Assembly: GCA_001773215.1 (NCBI GenBank)
Contig: MEWB01000001.1
Span: forward strand, 242,488 to 306,487
Direction of reading: 5' to 3'
DNA: 64,000 nt
From: a candidate division WWE3 bacterium RIFOXYC1_FULL_40_10
Lineage (GTDB): Bacteria > Patescibacteriota > WWE3 > UBA101185 > UBA10185
In this document: positions 1 to 8,684 of the stretch, piece by piece
Layout of the letters: each line of letters begins with the position of its first letter
Numbering within the stretch: the stretch's first letter is position 1
The notes under the pieces: model-generated
Database searches by the model: none
Seen by the model: the letters and a program-made list of their open reading frames with translations, nothing else
What the model was told of the DNA's origin: nothing
Translations under genes and position numbers: made by a program

Positions 1-271
1 CGCCTTTTGGAGCTTCGTTAGGAGATCTTCTGCCATCTTCGTCGACAACCTCTATTTGAATATGAACATCATCTCTAATAGCTTTAATTCGGGCAACATT
101 TCTGATGCTTTGGATATTTCTACCTTTTCTCCCGATTATTGTACCCATGTCTTCTTTCGAAGCAGTAATGGTATATATTACTTTTCCTTCTTCACCTTGT
201 GATTCGGAAATCTTTACAGCATCAGGATTTTTTACAATCGACTTAATTAAATATTCTATAAACTCCTTCAT
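1..271 (-). CDS. khpA: KH-domain RNA-binding protein (KhpA/YlqC-like); start codon at 269-271, C-terminus runs off window start
   Basis: Reverse-strand translation MKEFIEYLIKSIVKNPDAVKISESQGEEGKVIYTITASKEDMGTIIGRKGRNIQSIRNVARIKA shows KH GxxG motif (IGRKGR); sits immediately downstream of rpsP as in the conserved rpsP-ylqC operon. Confidence 0.7.
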   Translation of the reverse strand, partial: MKEFIEYLIKSIVKNPDAVKISESQGEEGKVIYTITASKEDMGTIIGRKGRNIQSIRNVARIKAIRDDVHIQIEVVDEDGRRSPNEAPKG

Positions 272-277
272 ACTTCT

Positions 278-622
278 TTACTCCTCTTGGGCAGAGGACT
301 GTTCCTCCGCTGAATCTTTTACTGTGTTCTCATTTCCCGAACTCGCTTTTTGGCCCTTTTTGAGGTTTCCAATATAGCGCTCGTACTTGTATTCGCCATT
401 TAATAATTGCGAAACTGCATTTGACGTCAATGCTCCTTTTGTTTGCCATTCCGCTAACTTCTTTTTATCTAAAGATATTTTCTCAATACCCATTGCTGGG
501 TTATAGTTGCCGAGAATTTCCAATGGTTTACCATTACGCTTATCTCGTGTATTCGACACTACTATTCTATATGATGGCTGATGTCGTCTTCCGACTCTAG
601 CTAATCTAATTGTGACTGACAT
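278..622 (-). CDS. rpsP: 30S ribosomal protein S16 with C-terminal low-complexity extension
   Basis: ORF track 114 aa; N-terminus MSVTIRLARVGRRHQPSYRIVV is the canonical S16 signature. Confidence 0.9.
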   Translation of the reverse strand: MSVTIRLARVGRRHQPSYRIVVSNTRDKRNGKPLEILGNYNPAMGIEKISLDKKKLAEWQTKGALTSNAVSQLLNGEYKYERYIGNLKKGQKASSGNENTVKDSAEEQSSAQEE

Positions 623-664
623 AACTTTCGAATTGTAGCATAAGGGTAGGTATTATGCTAGATA

Positions 665-1357
665 TTACCTTTCTATCTTTTCTAATGCGGCTGTGGCGGC
701 TGCCTGTTCAGCCTTTTGTTTACTTTTACCTTCACCAATACCCCACTCTTTATCGTTGAGGTATACACCTACTCTAAACTGCTTTTCGTGGTCTGGTCCC
801 CATGAATCAAGAACCTTGTACGCAGGTGTAACGCTAAACTTTTCCTGGGCGATCTCCTGAAAACTGGATTTCGAATCTTTATAGTCCTGATTATCAATTA
901 TTTCAGCAATCTTATAAAAAAGTTCCTTCGTAACAAAGTTACGACAGTCCTCAATCCCTTTTTCGATAAACAGGGCACCTAAAACTGCCTCAAAAGTGTT
1001 AGCTAAAATATACTCTCTGTCCCTACCACCGGTTGCCTCCTCGCCGTTTGACATCAGCAATAGTCCCCCGTAACCAAGTCTTTTAGCCTCGGCACCCAAT
1101 GAAGATGTACATACAATAGAAGATCGGTAGTTTGTTAAATCCCCTTCGTCTCTATTTGGATAATTATTAAATAAATATTCCGATGATAAAAGCTGTAATA
1201 CTGCGTCTCCTAAGAACTCCAGCCTCTCGTTAGAAGTGTTTTCATAAGACGGATGCTCGTTTAAATATGATCTGTGTGTAAAAGCTGTGGTAAACAGCTC
1301 AGTGTTTTTAAGGTTTGTACCCAAAATTTGCGATGCTTTTTCGAGGTCAAATGCCAT
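665..1357 (-). CDS. rnc: Ribonuclease III
   Basis: 230 aa; RNase III signature ERLEFLGDAVL and C-terminal dsRBD; conserved position downstream of ACP gene. Confidence 0.9.
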   Translation of the reverse strand: MAFDLEKASQILGTNLKNTELFTTAFTHRSYLNEHPSYENTSNERLEFLGDAVLQLLSSEYLFNNYPNRDEGDLTNYRSSIVCTSSLGAEAKRLGYGGLLLMSNGEEATGGRDREYILANTFEAVLGALFIEKGIEDCRNFVTKELFYKIAEIIDNQDYKDSKSSFQEIAQEKFSVTPAYKVLDSWGPDHEKQFRVGVYLNDKEWGIGEGKSKQKAEQAAATAALEKIER

Positions 1358-1359
1358 AG

Positions 1360-1596
1360 CTATTCCAAGTGCTCTTCTAAAAGATCAACTAAATCCTGTA
1401 CCGTTTCAATTTCATCTTTACTATCCATAATGTCTATATCGTATGCTTCTTCCAGATCGGCAATTATTTCCGCAAGTTCCATTTCATCAATGTTTAAATC
1501 ATCCTCAAAATAGGATTCGCTATGGATTTCTTCTTTATCCAGTCCGGATGTCGAAGATATTATGTTTCGTACTTTATTTAGGTATCCGCTACTCAT
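1360..1596 (-). CDS. Acyl carrier protein homolog lacking the phosphopantetheine-attachment serine (DSL motif replaced by DEM)
   Basis: 78 aa acidic 4-helix ACP-like sequence; region ESYFEDDLNIDEMELAEIIADLEEAY aligns to ACP helix II ([21 protein letters not shown]) but Ser is Glu; 3-nt gap to rnc, conserved acpP-rnc synteny. Confidence 0.7.
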   Translation of the reverse strand: MSSGYLNKVRNIISSTSGLDKEEIHSESYFEDDLNIDEMELAEIIADLEEAYDIDIMDSKDEIETVQDLVDLLEEHLE

Positions 1597-2044
1597 TTTT
1601 ACTGTCTTCCTTGTCGGCAGTTTCTATATAATTTGCTACTACAAATCCGAGCACTCCGTTTATAAACTTAGATGAGGTATCATTACCAAATTCCTTGGCT
1701 AATTCAATAGCCTCATCAATTATTACTTTCACAGGAGCTTTATTGCCGTAAAGCAATTCAAACACTGCAATTCTAAGTATTACTAAGTCAACTTTGGATA
1801 TTTTATCAAGAGGCCATTCAGGAGCGCTTTCCTCTATAATGTGGTCAATTTTTGTTCTGTTTCGTTGGACCCCGCTTATAATAAAATCAATTAATTCACT
1901 GTCGGTTGTTGTTTCTTTGGAACCTAACAGTTCTTCCGATAGTACAACGCATTGATCTGTATCGGGATCACTAAACAACCAGCAAAAAATCGCCGATAAC
2001 GACAGTTTTCTTGCTGTATGTCTAGGGTCAGTTGCCGTTTTCAT
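1589..2044 (-). CDS. nusB: Transcription antitermination factor NusB
   Basis: 151 aa; N-terminal RHTARKLSLSAIF and overall NusB-like helical protein; overlaps ACP-like gene by 8 nt. Confidence 0.75.
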   Translation of the reverse strand: MKTATDPRHTARKLSLSAIFCWLFSDPDTDQCVVLSEELLGSKETTTDSELIDFIISGVQRNRTKIDHIIEESAPEWPLDKISKVDLVILRIAVFELLYGNKAPVKVIIDEAIELAKEFGNDTSSKFINGVLGFVVANYIETADKEDSKNE

Positions 2045-2056
2045 ACGTTTTTTTAG

Positions 2057-2203
2057 TTAAAGTTCAATATACTCATCCACATGAGGTCTCTTGTAACCTT
2101 TTCCGTCTTTTGTTTTAACAACAGTTACATGATCCCTTTTCATGTTAATAAAAGTCCTCTTAGCTGTTCTTTGTTTAGAATGTTTTCTCTTTGGTACTGC
2201 CAT
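2057..2203 (-). CDS. rpmF: 50S ribosomal protein L32
   Basis: Not in ORF track (48 aa); reverse translation MAVPKRKHSKQRTAKRTFINMKRDHVTVVKTKDGKGYKRPHVDEYIEL, classic L32 N-terminus MAVPKRK. Confidence 0.85.
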   Translation of the reverse strand: MAVPKRKHSKQRTAKRTFINMKRDHVTVVKTKDGKGYKRPHVDEYIEL

Positions 2204-2325
2204 ACCTGCTTAATTTAAGTGTTAAAAGGCGATTTGTCAACTACGAGCTATTTTGAAATTTCGCCAAGTTGTGGCATAATCGTGGATACATCAAACCCAC
2301 TTTAGAAAGAGAGGATGAAAACAAG

Positions 2326-2679
2326 ATGGCCGGCAGTGATATTGGAAATGGTAATGGCAGGATACACACGCGCGGTTGTCGAAACGGTTGTGATTCTTGC
2401 CCGTTTCAGCCTGTCTGTATCAACGTACATGGCGCACGTCGGGGAACTTGTGTTGAGTCTTTAGCTCGGTTATATAAGGAGCAACTTGCCAAACTGGCAG
2501 GTATCTCAAGAGAACTGCTCCGTGCAGCATATGTTGCGTTGCAGTGCGAAAGGGATCAGCCCTGGGTGATATTAGCCCTTGCAGGTAAAGGATATCAAGT
2601 CACCAAGGAGCAGATCCGCCGCGCCGAGAAAATTCTTGAGACTGGAGTTGAAGTCGTTATTGCATGTGAGGAGGCCTAA
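2326..2679 (+). CDS. Hypothetical Cys-rich protein (start moved to ATG at 2326 behind AGAGAGGA SD); part of a high-GC islet
   Basis: ORF 2269..2679; CRNGCDSCPF...C...C cysteine cluster; local GC about 50% versus about 35% background. Confidence 0.5.
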   Translation: MAGSDIGNGNGRIHTRGCRNGCDSCPFQPVCINVHGARRGTCVESLARLYKEQLAKLAGISRELLRAAYVALQCERDQPWVILALAGKGYQVTKEQIRRAEKILETGVEVVIACEEA

Positions 2680-2856
2680 TGGCACAGATTGTTAAGATCC
2701 ACGGTCCTATTGCAAAGGGAACCGCAGTTACAGTCATTTTATGTACTAATGTGAAATTGACTTCTGCTATTTCTACGGACGACCAGGGTAATTTCTATAT
2801 TCCCACTCGTGAGGGAAACATTTCGGAAGAAGAGATTAGGCTCGTGTCCCAGTAGC
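2680..2856 (+). CDS. Hypothetical small protein (58 aa), start overlaps upstream stop (TAATG)
   Basis: Own translation MAQIVKIHGPIAKGTAVTVILCTNVKLTSAISTDDQGNFYIPTREGNISEEEIRLVSQ; translationally coupled to 2326..2679. Confidence 0.4.
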
Positions 2857-2915
2857 AAAAGTAATGCCGCCAAGGAAATCGAATTGAATTCGAATCCATG
2901 GCGGCATTTTCTAAC

Positions 2916-3083
2916 CTATCGCGGATTCCACTGGGCAGCCAGGCGGGAGGCATTCTCCTCAGTGTGTCCGTTTTTGATCAACCACGCCATGTATTCTTCA
3001 CGTGTTTTGATTTCCTTCGGAGCCATTCCATCGTTAGCATGCACCCCTTGTCCATACTGTCTTTTTTTACGTGGTGTACCCAT
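2916..3083 (-). CDS. Hypothetical small basic protein (55 aa)
   Basis: Own translation MGTPRKKRQYGQGVHANDGMAPKEIKTREEYMAWLIKNGHTEENASRLAAQWNPR; good SD (AAGGAGA) 7 nt upstream of ATG; high-GC islet. Confidence 0.5.
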   Translation of the reverse strand: MGTPRKKRQYGQGVHANDGMAPKEIKTREEYMAWLIKNGHTEENASRLAAQWNPR

Positions 3084-3183
3084 TTCGGTCTCCTTATTAT
3101 ATTTTGGGTGATTAAATACAACTGGTGCAATTATACTTCAGCTTATAGTATTTTGCAAGTAGGTCTCACCTAGTAGCCAGGTC

Positions 3184-3738
3184 TCACCCTTTCCTAAGAA
3201 CCGAAAAAACACTTTTACCAAATTTCCTTTGATCGATGATTTTTAGCGTGGTCTTGGCCAAATTGGCCTGAATATCAGTTTCCGGAGCATGAAAAAATAC
3301 CACTACCCCATTATCCTCTAGCACCATCTCTATATTGCTAAATAAAAACACGTGTTTAGTGTCGTCATAAAAGGGATCGGCGAATATCACATCATACTTC
3401 TTATCGGTATCGCCGGTAAATTTAGCTGCATTTTTTCTGTGTATTTCGCAATTTTCCTCAAAACCACAGTTTCGCAGGTTAACTTCTATAGCCTCAACAG
3501 CTTTGGGGTTTTCATCAACAAAATCACAATATGCCGCGCCACGGCTTAGAGCTTCAATTCCAACACTTCCGCTGCCCGCGAACAAATCAAGGCATTCAGC
3601 TCCAATTATTTTATCTCCCAAAATCGAAAATAACGCAAGCTTAGCAACATCTTGTACAGCTCTAAACCCCTCAATGTTGGGGGCGATAAGCTTTTTGTTT
3701 TTTGCTGTTCCGGTAGTTACTCTAATCATCGTTGCCAT
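3184..3738 (-). CDS. rsmD: 16S rRNA (guanine966-N2)-methyltransferase RsmD
   Basis: 184 aa; SAM motif DLFAGSGSVGIEALSRGA and DPFY (DPPY-type) catalytic motif. Confidence 0.85.
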   Translation of the reverse strand: MATMIRVTTGTAKNKKLIAPNIEGFRAVQDVAKLALFSILGDKIIGAECLDLFAGSGSVGIEALSRGAAYCDFVDENPKAVEAIEVNLRNCGFEENCEIHRKNAAKFTGDTDKKYDVIFADPFYDDTKHVFLFSNIEMVLEDNGVVVFFHAPETDIQANLAKTTLKIIDQRKFGKSVFSVLRKG

Positions 3739-3747
3739 TTTACCATC

Positions 3748-5763
3748 TCAAGCGGGGAGAGACCTAATTACTAGGTGAGACCCTCTCCCCACCCTCTCCC
3801 CAAGCTTTGGGTATAACGATAGCTTATCGAAATATTCATCGGCTTCGGCCTTTGCTTTCTCGAGCAGTTCCAGGTCAAAAAAATCTGTGAGCTTTCCGTG
3901 TTGCACTGTTCCGAACAAGTCTCCTTGGCCTCTTATTTTTAGATCTATTTCCGCCAATTCTAAACCGTTATTAATGTTTTCTAGGTTTTTCAATCTACTC
4001 AAGCCAGTTTTTGAATTATCGCTCATAAATATAAAACAAAAGCCTTCTTTATCACCTCTCCCAACTCGTCCTCTTAATTGATGTAAACTTGCGAGCCCAT
4101 ATCTTTCGGCACTTTCGATAACCATAATTGTAGCGTCGGGTACGTCGATTCCCACTTCGATAACTGGGGTAGAAACTAACACCATTATCTCCCCCTTTCT
4201 AAATTTTTGGATGATATCCTCTTTTTCTTTCGGTTTCATTCGGCCATGTAATAACCCTATTGGAATATTCTTAAAAAATGTTTGTGATAACTTTAAAAAC
4301 TCATCCTCTGCCGCCTTAATTTCCGCAAAATCCTTGTTTTCACTGGACTGGATGAATGGGCAAACTATAAAAGTGGGTTCCCTCTTATTTGCTATCCACT
4401 CGTAAGCCTTGTCTCTCTGGTTATCAGCTACCACCTTGGTTGTAACTTTGCGCATTTTGTTTGGATGTTCAGTTAATACCGATATCGAAAGATCTCCGTA
4501 GAGTGTAAGGGCTAAGGTTCTTGGTATTGGGGTTGCAGTCATACTAAGAAGGTGAGGGGTTTTTTCTATATTTCCCAGTTGTACAGCTTTTTCCCTTTGT
4601 TCAACTCCAAACCTGTGTTGCTCATCTATAATCACCAAACCCACATCCTTATATTTTTCCTTAGAGAACAGCAAAGCATGTGTACCTATCAAAATATCCC
4701 AGTCTTGTCCGTTAGGCTTAGAGTTTCCTGTGAGCAATTTAACTTTTACACGTTCTTTGGCTAAATAGTTGTTAAAAGTTTCAAAATGCTGTCTTGCTAA
4801 AATCTCGGTAGGTGCCATATAAATGGTTCTTAGATTATTTTGATGTGTTACAAGCGAGGCTGCTATGGCAACTATGGTTTTGCCGGTTCCCACATCGCCC
4901 TCCAGTAAACGGTTCATGGGGTGGTATTGGCAAAGATCAGTTGTTATTTGGTTAATTGATCTGGTTTGCGATTCAGTTAACTCAAAAGGGAGTGTTGAAA
5001 CGAACCTATCGAATTGTTTTCGGTCAGTTACTAGTCTGTGGCTTTTTAGCTTGTTTTTCCAATCATATGATTTCTTATTCACCTTTAGCATTTGAACAAA
5101 AAGCTCTTCGAAAGCAAATCGTGCGCGGGATTTATTTGCCTGAGGTAAACTATCCGGAAAGTGGAGCTGCTCTAGCGCTAGAGTCAACCCGTAGAAATTG
5201 TGCTTGGCAATAAGTTTTTCCGGGAGGAATTCTTCTGCAAGAGCTGCTCCGGATTTTATCTGAGATAGCACGTCGTTAATCCTAGTGCGTAGCCATTTCG
5301 AACTAACTCCTGCTGTTTCGGGATAAATCGGCACTAATCTTGCTGTATTTAAGCTATTTTGAGTAATTTCTTCAAACTGTGGATTTACTAGGGCTATTTT
5401 TCCATTCGACTCCCCTACTCTGCCACTAATAAAGTAATTCGTATTTGGTTTTAAAATTCTGGTTATAAAATGTTGATTAAACCAAACTGCATCAATCATT
5501 CCCGTGGTATCTGAAAATACTGCTTTGGTAAGTTTTTTACCGGTTCTCGTGTAGATATTTTGGATTTTTTCCAAAACGCACTCGATAGTTACGGTAATAC
5601 CTTGTTCGAGATCGCAGATTTTTCGAATATCCGACAAATCATCGTACCTAAAAGGGAAGTGATATAAGAGGTCGCCTACTGTAAAAATACCCAAGTTCTC
5701 AAGAAGACGTGCATATTTAGGACCTATTTTATCCAGTCGTTGTATTGGGGATGTGAGTAGCAT
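3748..5763 (-). CDS. recG: ATP-dependent DNA helicase RecG
   Basis: 671 aa; wedge domain N-terminus (LYHFPFRYDD), Walker A GDVGTGKT, DEQHRFG (DEAH-type) and helicase C motifs. Confidence 0.9.
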   Translation of the reverse strand: MLLTSPIQRLDKIGPKYARLLENLGIFTVGDLLYHFPFRYDDLSDIRKICDLEQGITVTIECVLEKIQNIYTRTGKKLTKAVFSDTTGMIDAVWFNQHFITRILKPNTNYFISGRVGESNGKIALVNPQFEEITQNSLNTARLVPIYPETAGVSSKWLRTRINDVLSQIKSGAALAEEFLPEKLIAKHNFYGLTLALEQLHFPDSLPQANKSRARFAFEELFVQMLKVNKKSYDWKNKLKSHRLVTDRKQFDRFVSTLPFELTESQTRSINQITTDLCQYHPMNRLLEGDVGTGKTIVAIAASLVTHQNNLRTIYMAPTEILARQHFETFNNYLAKERVKVKLLTGNSKPNGQDWDILIGTHALLFSKEKYKDVGLVIIDEQHRFGVEQREKAVQLGNIEKTPHLLSMTATPIPRTLALTLYGDLSISVLTEHPNKMRKVTTKVVADNQRDKAYEWIANKREPTFIVCPFIQSSENKDFAEIKAAEDEFLKLSQTFFKNIPIGLLHGRMKPKEKEDIIQKFRKGEIMVLVSTPVIEVGIDVPDATIMVIESAERYGLASLHQLRGRVGRGDKEGFCFIFMSDNSKTGLSRLKNLENINNGLELAEIDLKIRGQGDLFGTVQHGKLTDFFDLELLEKAKAEADEYFDKLSLYPKLGERVGRGSHLVIRSLPA

Positions 5764-5829
5764 ATTGGAAGTTATTGTAACAAAAAAACCGGAAACCAGC
5801 GCTGTAACAGCTAGTTTCCGGGGTGGAAT

Positions 5830-6309
5830 CTAAACGAAACGATCAGGAGTGTAGCCTTCCGTTTTTCCTGAGGCGTCCACGAGAACTTCCCATCTTTCTA
5901 ATGGCTCTCCTGGGGGACTACTAAAATATGTAACCTTAATTCCCCTTGGATCCGCTTGAAAGTGAACCGATTGAAAGAAAACTTCGGAAGTAGCCACAGG
6001 GTTAAGGTAGAGCCTCGCGGTTTTTGTGGAGTCCATCAGAGTTTTTCCGAATGCTTCGCGCAGACTTATTTGCCCGGAGGGAGATTTGGTCCAGGCAATG
6101 GTGTAGTAAGGGTACTCCCAACTTGACCCGTGAAGATTCACAAAAACTTTTTCGTGTTTGGCACAAAGCGTCTTTTTTACGGCATCAGAGTAGGCTACAG
6201 ATCCCTTAAGATGCATTGAGGAGGGCACACAGTGTATCATCACTGTTTTGGATCCGTCTGTGCTCTCTAGTAGTACGAATCCCACAAGAGGACTTGATGA
6301 TGGAAACAT
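5830..6309 (-). CDS. Hypothetical protein (159 aa), higher-GC islet
   Basis: Long ORF with coherent coding composition; no recognisable motif. Confidence 0.5.
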   Translation of the reverse strand: MFPSSSPLVGFVLLESTDGSKTVMIHCVPSSMHLKGSVAYSDAVKKTLCAKHEKVFVNLHGSSWEYPYYTIAWTKSPSGQISLREAFGKTLMDSTKTARLYLNPVATSEVFFQSVHFQADPRGIKVTYFSSPPGEPLERWEVLVDASGKTEGYTPDRFV

Positions 6310-6321
6310 TTGATTATCCTT

Positions 6322-6573
6322 TCACTGAGTTTGATGTAGTACTTTCTTTGGTACCGTATTGATAACCAAGGCGCAATTACAGATTGAGCAGACGCCTCGC
6401 TCGGTTTCATACTCACTTACAACTTCTTTCCTTTCTTCAGGGCACCACCAAACTTGAACTAATTCCGTGGGGGTAGCTACCCCGCAAAATGGGCAAAATT
6501 CAAACTCTTCAAGGATTTCAATGTTACACCTAGGGCAAGTCCAAAACGTATGTTTACGCTTACTGGTAGGCAT
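6322..6573 (-). CDS. Zinc-ribbon protein (83 aa; start moved to MPTSKRK behind GGAG SD)
   Basis: CPRC...CPFC...CSIC three CxxC pairs; RBS gagaaaggagaact before ATG. Confidence 0.55.
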   Translation of the reverse strand: MPTSKRKHTFWTCPRCNIEILEEFEFCPFCGVATPTELVQVWWCPEERKEVVSEYETERGVCSICNCALVINTVPKKVLHQTQ

Positions 6574-6661
6574 AGTTCTCCTTTCTCTCACTATTGTTGT
6601 TAAGCATACTATCATATAGAATCAGTTTTAGACAATCGCGCCAATAAGAGAAGGAGGAGAC

Positions 6662-7159
6662 ATGGAACTCGGAAGCTGGGTAGATGTTGCCGGATATAAG
6701 AATGCGTCTGTGGTTCGTACTCTTGGTAGAGATAAATTTGCACGTTTACTTGTTCGAGCAAGGAGGTCGAAAGTACCCCCAGATTTCTATATCACCTTCA
6801 GAAATCACTCAATTATGGGTGTTGGGTATTGCCAAGCTCTATTTGCCCTCTTAGGAATAAGATATTCAGTTGACAAGCATGCTGAGTATGCATTGTTGTA
6901 TTCCATAGCAATTTCTATGATCAAGAAGTGGCGTGCCCTCTACAGAAAGAAAAGTAAAACTTGCGAGGAGCTGGTGAACTTGACCGAGCTGGAAATAAAC
7001 ATGTACTACATGTGTGGGGTTCTGGCAATAACAGAGAGAGAAATAGCTTTTGCAGGTATGAAGGGGATGGAGCAAATTCGAGCCAGAATTGAGAGCCATT
7101 TTACCGTTCGCGCGAATGCCAAGAAATTTGTTCTTGAAAAAGGGATTAACAGGTTTTGA
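6662..7159 (+). CDS. Hypothetical protein (165 aa)
   Basis: ORF preceded by GAAGGAGGAGA SD; no recognised domain. Confidence 0.5.
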   Translation: MELGSWVDVAGYKNASVVRTLGRDKFARLLVRARRSKVPPDFYITFRNHSIMGVGYCQALFALLGIRYSVDKHAEYALLYSIAISMIKKWRALYRKKSKTCEELVNLTELEINMYYMCGVLAITEREIAFAGMKGMEQIRARIESHFTVRANAKKFVLEKGINRF

Positions 7160-7221
7160 CGTGCTATGGGCTTCAATGTATAATGCGCAGGAATCGCATT
7201 TTTGACTATAAGGAGTTTAGT

Positions 7222-7524
7222 ATGATGCCAAATGTTGCACCTCCGGTTTGGAGTGTCCCTAGAGTGTTTAATATGGATGACCCTTTCGAGGCAGAAGCGT
7301 GGAAGTGGATTACTTTCGAAGCCAAGCAGTACACTGATCCAAAAGATTTTGCCGCGAGGGCGATCCTAATTTTTGACATCCCAAGATGGGCCTCGTTAGT
7401 GTACCAGGAGCTTCAATTTCAAGATGCTTTGTTTGCTGATGCATTCAAGGCTCAGTGTGAGGCCGAAGGTTGGGTACTCAAGGGAGACGTCTTTAAACAA
7501 GCCCCCAAGGGAGCAATGAGCTAG
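7222..7524 (+). CDS. Hypothetical protein (100 aa; start at MMPNV behind AGGAG SD)
   Basis: ORF 7156..7524, internal ATG with strong SD ataaggagtttagtATG. Confidence 0.5.
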   Translation: MMPNVAPPVWSVPRVFNMDDPFEAEAWKWITFEAKQYTDPKDFAARAILIFDIPRWASLVYQELQFQDALFADAFKAQCEAEGWVLKGDVFKQAPKGAMS

Positions 7525-7595
7525 TTGTTAGGGGCTGTGTTGTGTTATTTTGCATCACAGCCCTTTCATTTCAATAAGCAGGTAGGGAGAGAAAT

Positions 7596-8510
7596 ATGGA
7601 TGATAGTTATGTACTCGACTTTGTTACGCTATTCAAGGCCCTAGTGGAATTCGAGGAGAAATTTTTAGGTGCTAAAAGGACCTGGCATCCGGTAGCAACT
7701 GGCTTGGCAAGATACTTTTTCGAAAAGTTCCCTGCCATGCGCGATGCGGTTAAGGATTTAGCGAATGTAATCTGCAAAGCCTCAACCGACTACATGGTGT
7801 TAAATGACTTTCTTACGGAAAAAAAGAGATCCCCAATGTTTAGCGGGTCGTTAGGGGGCATTGGCGCAGTGGCGATTATCAAAATCGCACTACGCTGGGC
7901 TTATAAAGCCAAAAAGACTACTCTGGTCTGTCGAAACGGCAAACGCTATAGTGCGTTTGAGGTGAGAAAGGGTTTCACAGTGTTCAAAACTCCTCATGGA
8001 CCATTGGTACGTATTGAAGGAGTTTTCGAGGGTAAAACCTACTATTTGTGGGTGAAGGAAAATCATGTTAATGATCCTTTGGATCTAGTAGATTTTGCTT
8101 TTTATGTGATGACACATTACCAGCGGCTAGCTACAAATGAAAAAATCACTTGTATCCGCCTTGCCGATGTGAAAATAAAAACAGGATTGTGCAAGCTGGC
8201 TTGGCTCTTGGGATCTTATACGCTGGATGATAAAGACAAGATTTGGTTCATCAATCAAGCGTTTCAGGAAGCAGAGTTGGCGTACGATCAGGAAGGGTTG
8301 ATTTTGGATGTCTCGAGCGGCGTTGGAATGGTTCGCAGTATGCCACGCGAAACTCCGTTGGAGTTAAAGGGACCGGTTATCGGGTGGCTCACGCAAGGTG
8401 ACGATCCTCTTCCCATCGCCCCGTTCTTTGCAGGCTATGATGCGTATCAACCTTCAGACGTAGCCGAGGAAGACGTTGAGGAACAGCCGGCTACCAGGAG
8501 TTTTGACTAG
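7596..8510 (+). CDS. Hypothetical protein (304 aa), acidic C-terminus
   Basis: Long ORF with GGGAGAGAAAT SD; followed by a rho-independent terminator. Confidence 0.55.
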   Translation: MDDSYVLDFVTLFKALVEFEEKFLGAKRTWHPVATGLARYFFEKFPAMRDAVKDLANVICKASTDYMVLNDFLTEKKRSPMFSGSLGGIGAVAIIKIALRWAYKAKKTTLVCRNGKRYSAFEVRKGFTVFKTPHGPLVRIEGVFEGKTYYLWVKENHVNDPLDLVDFAFYVMTHYQRLATNEKITCIRLADVKIKTGLCKLAWLLGSYTLDDKDKIWFINQAFQEAELAYDQEGLILDVSSGVGMVRSMPRETPLELKGPVIGWLTQGDDPLPIAPFFAGYDAYQPSDVAEEDVEEQPATRSFD

Positions 8511-8519
8511 ATATAGTAT

Positions 8520-8556
8520 AAGCAGCTCTGAATTATATTCTTAGCTGCTTTTTTTA
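8520..8556 (+). terminator. Rho-independent terminator (AAGCAGCT...AGCTGCTT + T8)
   Basis: Perfect 8-bp stem, 15-nt loop, TTTTTTT run directly after. Confidence 0.5.
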
Positions 8557-8684
8557 TCTCAAAACGTAGGGCAAAAAAGTTGAGGCTATGAGAGCCAAAG
8601 AGCTTGCGATGATGATCATTTTGAAAATACTCTGTGGTCTTAATGCGCGTCTTACTTTTTTACGAGTGAATTTTATTATCTCTT

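Noticed and set aside
105-377. Plus-strand ORFs antisense to clear housekeeping genes (for example 105..377, 1274..1513, 3352..3549, 4552..4764, 9976-region 10040..10354, 22255..22596, 22710..23132, 38870..39328, 45134..45478, 57782..58120, 60062..60322)
   Set aside because: They lie entirely within, and opposite to, strongly supported genes (S16/KH, rnc/ACP, rsmD, recG, truB, MacB, EcfT and others). They have odd composition and no start context, so they are shadow ORFs.
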